Below are positions 58,207 to 64,000 of a stretch of 64,000 nucleotides of DNA, piece after piece (the stretch's first letter is position 1; every line of letters starts with the position of its first letter). The translations under genes were made by a program, and so were the position numbers. The stretch is taken from contig OY970296.1 in NCBI GenBank assembly GCA_963716175.1, forward strand, positions 3,328,001 through 3,392,000, given 5' to 3'. This DNA is from an uncultured Armatimonadetes bacterium. Its GTDB lineage: Bacteria > Armatimonadota > Hebobacteria > Hebobacterales > Hebobacteraceae. Below the pieces are notes generated by a model. It searched no databases. It saw nothing but the letters and a program-made list of their open reading frames with translations, and was not told where the DNA came from.

Positions 58207-58234
58207 CGGCGGGCATGGGTAGGCCCGCCCTACA
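58207..58234. repeat. REP-like palindrome (GTAG family)
   Basis: GGCGGGCATGGGTAGGCCCGCCCTACAG, one mismatch from 30138..30164. Confidence 0.75.
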
Positions 58235-58247
58235 GGTGGAGGGGATC

Positions 58248-58544
58248 ATGGAGCCGGTGCGCTTGACAAAGGATGAATGGGACGACCTGGAGCCGCGGCT
58301 GGCGGAGGCGGAGCGCGTGGCGCACGAGCGCTACCTGCAGAGCCCGGAGACGCGGGCACTGGTGGGGGACAGCGATAAGACGCCCGGCTATCTGCTGCTG
58401 CAGCGGCTGAAGGCGCTCAAGGACAACGAGGCGGTGAAGCTGTTCCGGGCGGTGGAGATGTACCATCACGAGCTGACCCGGGCGGACATCGCGGCCGCCT
58501 TCGCGCGAGGCCGGGAGATTGGAGAGGGGAGAGGTGAGGGGTGA
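58248..58544 (+). CDS. Small hypothetical helical protein
   Basis: GGAGG RBS, gene-like codon usage, co-directional with neighbours. Confidence 0.6.
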   Translation: MEPVRLTKDEWDDLEPRLAEAERVAHERYLQSPETRALVGDSDKTPGYLLLQRLKALKDNEAVKLFRAVEMYHHELTRADIAAAFARGREIGEGRGEG

Positions 58545-58569
58545 AAGGTGAGCGAGAGGGGAGAGCGCG

Positions 58570-60342
58570 GTGCGGACTGAGCATTTCTTTGCGCCCACAC
58601 TGAGGCAGGTGTCGGGGGAGGTGGAGATGGCGAGCCACCGCCTGCTGCTGCGCGGCGGATTCATCCGGCAGGTGGCCGCGGGTATCTACTCACTGCTGCC
58701 ATTGGGGCTGCGGGTGGTGCGCAAGATCGAGACCATCGTGCGGGAGGAGATGGACGCGGCGGGCGCGCAGGAGGTGTTCCTGCCCACTCTGCATCCGCTG
58801 GAGCTGTGGGAGAAAAGCGGCCGCACTGCCTACTGGGGGCCTGAGCTGATGCGCCTGGAGGATCGCAGCGGCCGGGCCTACTGCCTGGGAGGCACCCACG
58901 AGGAGGTGATCACGGACCTGGTGGGCTCGGCGGTGAAGTCCTACCGGGAGCTGCCTTTCACCCTGTACCAGATCCAGGTCAAGTTCCGCGACGAGGTGCG
59001 GCCCCGGGGTGGACTGGTCCGCGCCCGCGAGTTCACGATGAAGGATGCCTACAGCTTCGACCGCGATGTGCCCGGCCTCGACCACTCCTATGACGCCATG
59101 CTGGGCGCCTATCGCAAGATCATGGAGCGAATCGGGATTCCCCATTATCTCGCCGACGCCTCGGCCGCCGGCATCGGGGGCTGGGACACGCGGGAATTCG
59201 TGCTGCCCTGCGAGAGCGGAGAGAGCTATTATCTGAGGTGTGACACCTGTGATCGTCATGCCGCGCCGGAGGTGGCGGAGTTCGCCCCGTCTCCGGTCGC
59301 GGCATCGCCAGAGTCGCCGGCCCCGGTGGAGCCGGTAGCCACCCCTGACCAGCGAACCATCGAGCAGGTGACGGCCTTCCTGGGAGTGCCAGCGCGGCGG
59401 CTGGTGAAGACCCTGCTCTACCGGGTGGCTAGCTCTTCGACCGCCATGGCGGCCGGCAAAGCAGGCCTAGCCACGGACGGGCGGGTGGTGGCGGCCTTGG
59501 TGCGGGGCGACCGCGAGCTGAGCGAAGATAAGCTGAAGGCGGCGGCGGGGGCGAGTAAGCTGCTGATGGCCGACGCGCTCACAGTGCAGCAGGTGAGCGG
59601 GGCGCCGGTGGGATTCGCGGGCCCGGTGGGATTGGGGGACGTCGAGATCATCGCCGACGAGGAGCTGCGGGGGGAGCGCAACTTCGTGACCGGCGGAAAC
59701 GCAGCCGATCTGCACCTGCGCAATGTGAACTGGGGGCGCGATTTCGCCGTCTCCCGGTGGGCGCAACTGCGCCGGGGAGAGGCGGGCAACCTCTGCGCCG
59801 GGTGCGGCCAGCCGCTCCAGGGTTACCGCGGCATCGAGCTCGCCCACATCTTCAAGCTGGGCAGCATCTACAGCGAGCCGTTAGGGGCCTACTACCTGGA
59901 TGAGGAGGGCCAGCGCAGGCCGATTATAATGGGGTGCTATGGGTTCGGCAGCACCCGGATGATGGCGGCGCTGGCGGAGCATTTCCATGATGATTCGGGG
60001 CTGATCTGGCCGGCTTCAGTGGCGCCTTTTGACGTGGTCGTGATTCCGGTGAATCATGATGACACGACCCAGCGCGAGCTGGCCGAGCGCATCTACGGCG
60101 AGCTGGCAGGCGCCGGGCTGGATGCTCTGCTGGAGGACCGGCCGGAGCGACCTGGGGTGAAGTTCAAGGACGCGGATCTCATTGGCATCCCGGGGCAGGT
60201 GGTGGTGGGGCGGCTGGCCGGGGAGGGTAAGGTCGAGGTGAGGCGGCGGGGAGGGGAGAGCAGGACGGTGGAGGTCGGCCAGGCGCTCGGCGCGGTGCAA
60301 GACCTGCTGGGGAGAAAGCAGAAAGGAGAGGGAAGAGAGTAG
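58570..60342 (+). CDS. proS: Proline--tRNA ligase (bacterial type with INS editing domain)
   Basis: SH.LLLRGG.I, THEE, YQIQ.KFRDE.RPRGGL.R.REF.MKDAYSFD, VKTL, G..GPVG, HIFKLG, MGCYG.G. Confidence 0.97.
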   Translation: MRTEHFFAPTLRQVSGEVEMASHRLLLRGGFIRQVAAGIYSLLPLGLRVVRKIETIVREEMDAAGAQEVFLPTLHPLELWEKSGRTAYWGPELMRLEDRSGRAYCLGGTHEEVITDLVGSAVKSYRELPFTLYQIQVKFRDEVRPRGGLVRAREFTMKDAYSFDRDVPGLDHSYDAMLGAYRKIMERIGIPHYLADASAAGIGGWDTREFVLPCESGESYYLRCDTCDRHAAPEVAEFAPSPVAASPESPAPVEPVATPDQRTIEQVTAFLGVPARRLVKTLLYRVASSSTAMAAGKAGLATDGRVVAALVRGDRELSEDKLKAAAGASKLLMADALTVQQVSGAPVGFAGPVGLGDVEIIADEELRGERNFVTGGNAADLHLRNVNWGRDFAVSRWAQLRRGEAGNLCAGCGQPLQGYRGIELAHIFKLGSIYSEPLGAYYLDEEGQRRPIIMGCYGFGSTRMMAALAEHFHDDSGLIWPASVAPFDVVVIPVNHDDTTQRELAERIYGELAGAGLDALLEDRPERPGVKFKDADLIGIPGQVVVGRLAGEGKVEVRRRGGESRTVEVGQALGAVQDLLGRKQKGEGRE

Positions 60343-60403
60343 GAAAGACCAGCCAACCCTGTCGGTCGCTTCTCTACTTTCCACTCTCTGTTCTCCAACT
60401 GAC

Positions 60404-61057
60404 ATGCCCTATCCCGTTGATGTGCTGATCAAGATCATACTGGCGGCGGTGTTCGGAGGGGTGGTGGGGTGGCAGCGGGAGGCGCGCTTCCGGCCCGCGG
60501 GGCTGCGCACGCACGTGCTGGTGTGCGTGGGGTCGGCGGTCTACACTCTCGCCTCGGTCAGCTTCTCGGGCAACGCCGACCCCAGCCGGATCGCCTCCCA
60601 GGTGGCCACCGGGATGGGTTTCCTGGGGGCGGGCACCATCATCCGTCATGGCAGCATCGTGCGCGGTCTGACCACGGCCGCCAGCCTCTGGGCGGTAGCT
60701 GCGGTGGGCATCTGCGCGGCGCTGGGGGGCCGGCTGTTCTGGGTGGCGGGGATCGCGACGGTGGTGGTGCTGATCACGCTCACGGTGCTGCGGCAGGTGG
60801 AGCGGAGGGTGCTGGCCCGGGGACACTTCGCCACCCTGGTGCTGCAGCTGCCTGACGTCAGGTCGCGGATCGGCGAGATCCATCGCGCGCTGCAGGCGAA
60901 GGGGGTGCGAATGGACTCGCTGCAGATCACCGAGGTGGGGCCTGGCGGCCTGCAGGAGATGGAGATCAGCATCCGAGTGGCGCCGGATGCCGACCTGAGC
61001 GCAGTGCTCGCCGACCTGGCGCGAATGGAGGGGTTCGCCTCTCTGCGGCAGGAGTGA
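60404..61057 (+). CDS. MgtC/SapB family protein
   Basis: PAGLRTH, DPSRIA.QV..G.GFLGAG.I, GLTTAASLW, C-terminal ACT-like domain. Confidence 0.92.
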   Translation: MPYPVDVLIKIILAAVFGGVVGWQREARFRPAGLRTHVLVCVGSAVYTLASVSFSGNADPSRIASQVATGMGFLGAGTIIRHGSIVRGLTTAASLWAVAAVGICAALGGRLFWVAGIATVVVLITLTVLRQVERRVLARGHFATLVLQLPDVRSRIGEIHRALQAKGVRMDSLQITEVGPGGLQEMEISIRVAPDADLSAVLADLARMEGFASLRQE

Positions 61058-61153
61058 CGTAGTGGGTGCCTCCTCCCTTGCTGTATTCGAGAGGGGAGGG
61101 AGGCCCCTGTCTTCTCGATGCTCTCCCCACCCCTTCGTCAGGGGGTGGGCTGC

Positions 61154-61182
61154 TTGTCAAGAGGAGGGGGCTATGCTATACT
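61154..61182 (+). promoter_or_regulatory. Sigma70 promoter of nusA-infB operon
   Basis: TTGTCA-17 bp-TATACT with TG extension. Confidence 0.75.
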
Positions 61183-61221
61183 GATGCCGCGGGCTGGATT
61201 TGTCGCACTCGTGCGTGACCG

Positions 61222-61246
61222 AAGAGTGGGCGTAGTCCCACTCTTT
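61222..61246 (+). terminator. rimP/nusA-leader-type attenuator hairpin
   Basis: AAGAGTGGG-CGTAGT-CCCACTCTTT between promoter and nusA. Confidence 0.75.
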
Positions 61247-61316
61247 GGCGTTACAGTGTGGTTTCGGGCCCGGAGGCCCGAAGCCTGGGACGGTGCTGCG
61301 AGGAAGCGGAAGAACG

Positions 61317-62585
61317 ATGCAAGTGGACTTCGTCCAAGCCTTGCGAGATCTGGGCCGGGAGAAGGATATCCCGCTCGAAACCCTGAGCGAGATCATCGAA
61401 GCGGCACTGGTCTCCGCCTATAAGAAGCATTTCGGGGCGGCCTCGGAGATCCACGTGGACATTGACTGGGATGCGGGGACGGCGGTGGTGTTCGCCCGGA
61501 AGCGGGTGGTGGAGCACGTAGAGAACCCGCATGCCGAGATGTCGCTGGCCGAGGCGCGTCGGCTGGACCCCACAGTGGAGGAGGGAGAGAGTCTCGATAT
61601 CGAGGTGTCGCCGGCGGAGTTCGGGCGGATTGCGGCTCAGACCGCGAAGCAAGTGGTGGCTCAGCGCGTCCGGGAGGCGGAGCGGGAGATCATCTACACC
61701 GAGTTCAGCAACCGGGATGGGGATGTGGTCACCGGTGTGGTGCAGCGGCGGGAAGGCCGCACCGTGCTGATTGACCTGGGGAAGGTGGAAGCGGTGCTGC
61801 CGGTCTCCGAGCAGAGCGCGCTGGATAGCTATCGCTTTGGCGAGCGCCTGAAGGTCTACATCCTGGAGGTGAAGCGCACCACGAAGACGCCGCGGGTGCT
61901 GGTGTCCCGCAGCCATCCGGGTTTGCTGCGGCGGTTGTTCGAACTGGAAGTGCCCGAGGTGCACGATGGAGTGGTGGAGATGAAGGCCCAGGCGCGTGAA
62001 GCGGGGGCGCGCAGCAAAGTCGCGGTCTGGTCCCGCCAGGAGAATGTGGACCCGGTGGGGGCGTGCGTCGGACACCGCGGCAGCCGGGTGCAGTCGGTGG
62101 TGGATGAGCTGCGGGGTGAGAAGGTGGACATCGTGCGTTGGAGCGACGAGTCGGCGAAGTACGTGGCCAGCGCGCTCAGCCCGGCGAAGGTGAGCAGAGT
62201 CATCATCGATGAGAGGACCAGGTCGGCGACGGTTGTGGCGCCGGATAACCAGCTCTCGCTGGCCATCGGGCGGGAGGGGCAAAACGTGCGCCTGGCAGCG
62301 CGGCTGACGGGCTGGCGCATTGACATCCGCAGCGAAGCCCAGATGGCGGAGCAGGAGGCGGCGGCGCAGGCCGCGGCGGCCGCTTCCAGGGGCGAGCAGG
62401 CGCCCGCGGTGGAGGCGCCGGTGGAACAGGCACCGGAGATAGGAGAGACCGCGGCCCCCGGGCTGGCCGAGGAGGCGGAAGCTGCGGCGCTGGCTGGCGA
62501 AGGGGTGGCGGGCGTGGGAGTGCCTGCTCTGAAGGACAGTGGGACGGGGGGAGACTCCTCGTCGTCTGCTGAGGCACAGCAATGA
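61317..62585 (+). CDS. nusA: Transcription termination factor NusA
   Basis: FGRIAAQTAKQV, S1 domain, LFELEVPE, RE.G.RSK, GACVG.RG.R, LSLAIGREGQNVRLAA.LTGW.IDI. Confidence 0.97.
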   Translation: MQVDFVQALRDLGREKDIPLETLSEIIEAALVSAYKKHFGAASEIHVDIDWDAGTAVVFARKRVVEHVENPHAEMSLAEARRLDPTVEEGESLDIEVSPAEFGRIAAQTAKQVVAQRVREAEREIIYTEFSNRDGDVVTGVVQRREGRTVLIDLGKVEAVLPVSEQSALDSYRFGERLKVYILEVKRTTKTPRVLVSRSHPGLLRRLFELEVPEVHDGVVEMKAQAREAGARSKVAVWSRQENVDPVGACVGHRGSRVQSVVDELRGEKVDIVRWSDESAKYVASALSPAKVSRVIIDERTRSATVVAPDNQLSLAIGREGQNVRLAARLTGWRIDIRSEAQMAEQEAAAQAAAAASRGEQAPAVEAPVEQAPEIGETAAPGLAEEAEAAALAGEGVAGVGVPALKDSGTGGDSSSSAEAQQ

Positions 62586-62887
62586 CGCCTCCCAAGCACG
62601 TGCCCCAGCGAAGTTGCGTAGCCTGTCGCACCGCGCGGGGGAAGTGGGAGCTGGTGCGGGTGGTGCGCACGCCGCTGGGTGCGGTGCAGGTGGACCCGAC
62701 GGGGAAGCTGGCCGGGCGCGGCGCCTACCTCTGCCGGAACGAGGCTTGTCTGGCGCAGGCCGTGAAGCAGAAGAAGCTGAACCGGGCGCTGGGAGTGGCG
62801 GTGGAGGCGGGGCTGGCGGAGGAGTTGAGGCAGCAGTTGAGCGGGAGCCAGGGAGTGCAGGCGAGGGACAGGCGAGGCGAGCGCTAG
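62582..62887 (+). CDS. ylxR: YlxR/RnpM family RNA-binding protein
   Basis: PQRSCVACR, L.R.V, GRGAYLC...C. Confidence 0.92.
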   Translation: MTPPKHVPQRSCVACRTARGKWELVRVVRTPLGAVQVDPTGKLAGRGAYLCRNEACLAQAVKQKKLNRALGVAVEAGLAEELRQQLSGSQGVQARDRRGER

Positions 62888-64000
62888 ATGAGGGTATATG
62901 AGCTCGCAAGAGAACTGGGCGTGCCGGGGAGGGACATCCTCCTGCTCCTGGAGGAGCTGGGGGTGGGGGGCCGCACGGCCAGCTCCAGTCTGCCGCCGGA
63001 ATATCTGGATGTGATCCGGGTGCGACTGGGCCATGGGCCCAGGGCAGCCGCCCCAGCGGCCCCAGCAGTGGCAGAGAAGCCGAAGGAGGCGCCGGCCCCA
63101 GCTGCTCCTCCGCCTGTGGTTGAAGCCCCGGCCGAACCGGCGGTGGTGATGGAAGAGGAGACCGGGACCCTTACTCTGAAGCCGCCGGTGAGCGTAGCCG
63201 TCTTCGCCACTGCGCTCGACACCGATGCCGAGAACGTGATCAGCGCCGCCGCCGGCCTGGGGGAGTCGGTGGGAGAGCAGGATGCTATCTCGGCGGAGCT
63301 GGCGGTGCTGATCGGTGAGCAGTGGGGCTACACGATCAAGATCGAGGCACCGGCCGTGGTGGAGGAGGCGCCGCCTCCAGTGGCGGCGCCGGCGGCAGAG
63401 GCGCTGGCGGCCGAGGTCGTGCTGCCGAGAGCGGCTGCGCCTGCCGCGGTGGCACCGCTCCCGCCCAAGCGAGTGGTGCCCAGGCGAGTGGCGGCGGCAG
63501 ACGCGCCCATCAGGCCGCCGGTGGTCACCGTGATGGGGCACGTGGATCACGGGAAGACCACGCTGCTGGATGCTATCCGCGAGACCAATGTCGCGGCCAG
63601 CGAGGCCGGGGCGATCACTCAGCATATCGGGGCCTACCAGGTGGAGGTGAACGGGCGGCGCATCACTTTCATTGACACCCCCGGACATGAGGCCTTCACC
63701 GCGATGAGGGCGCGGGGCGCCCAGGTGACCGATATCGCGGTGCTGGTGGTGGCAGCGGATGACGGGGTGATGCCCCAGACGCTGGAGGCCATTGACCATG
63801 CCCAGGCGGCGGGCGTACCCATCATCGTGGCCATCAACAAGATCGACCGCCCCAACGCCGGCGTGGAGCAGATCAAGCAGCGGCTGTCCGAGAGGAACCT
63901 GGTGCCGGAGGAATGGGGCGGTGAGACCCTCTACGTGCCGATCTCGGCCTTGCAGAAGGTAGGGGTGCAGGAGCTGCTGGAGATGATCCTGCTGGTGGCG
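62888..64000 (+). CDS. infB: Translation initiation factor IF-2 (partial, runs off window end)
   Basis: [12 protein letters not shown]-terminus; [46 protein letters not shown]. Confidence 0.97.
   Translation, partial: MRVYELARELGVPGRDILLLLEELGVGGRTASSSLPPEYLDVIRVRLGHGPRAAAPAAPAVAEKPKEAPAPAAPPPVVEAPAEPAVVMEEETGTLTLKPPVSVAVFATALDTDAENVISAAAGLGESVGEQDAISAELAVLIGEQWGYTIKIEAPAVVEEAPPPVAAPAAEALAAEVVLPRAAAPAAVAPLPPKRVVPRRVAAADAPIRPPVVTVMGHVDHGKTTLLDAIRETNVAASEAGAITQHIGAYQVEVNGRRITFIDTPGHEAFTAMRARGAQVTDIAVLVVAADDGVMPQTLEAIDHAQAAGVPIIVAINKIDRPNAGVEQIKQRLSERNLVPEEWGGETLYVPISALQKVGVQELLEMILLVA

Noticed and set aside
4640-63799. Long antisense or alternate-frame ORFs (e.g. 4640..6289, 7769..9058, 14325..15944, 52486..54210, 61251..62909, 61856..63799)
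   Set aside because: Shadows of real genes in high-GC DNA; no motifs and Arg/Pro/His-rich composition
1-64000. tRNA, rRNA, prophage or transposase genes
   Set aside because: None recognisable by eye in the intergenic regions or ORF translations

Overview
GC-rich bacterial chromosomal window. It combines diderm features (outer-membrane beta-barrels, lipoproteins) with Firmicutes-like gene order and regulation (T-box, RsbV/RsbW/SigB-type operon, alaS-ruvX-mltG, nusA-ylxR-infB) and anaerobic metabolism; by inference it comes from a diderm Terrabacteria anaerobe such as Armatimonadota. About ten single-base frameshifts suggest an unpolished long-read assembly. Left half (accessory/metabolic): cysteine-substituted ModA-like binding proteins with a lipoprotein thioredoxin, Re-citrate synthase plus split glutamate synthase plus an HdrB-HdrC fusion, two orphan histidine kinases, three tandem YjbH-like beta-barrel paralogs with long structured leaders, HicBA, leuB, a Mo/W-type ABC operon with two ATPases and MoaD, and carbohydrate/phosphoester enzymes. 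Right half (housekeeping): nadE, MNT-HEPN, rarA, mnmA, sigB-type operon, T-box aspS, alaS, ruvX, mltG, proS, mgtC, nusA, ylxR and partial infB. Best leads: (1) ModA/ModB homologs whose anion-binding positions are replaced by cysteines, (2) small palindromic repeat families sitting in-frame inside essential genes, (3) a beta-barrel array with orphan Shine-Dalgarno leaders and a conserved MYG loop motif, (4) two double-hairpin MITE families. No CRISPR array, rRNA or tRNA was seen.
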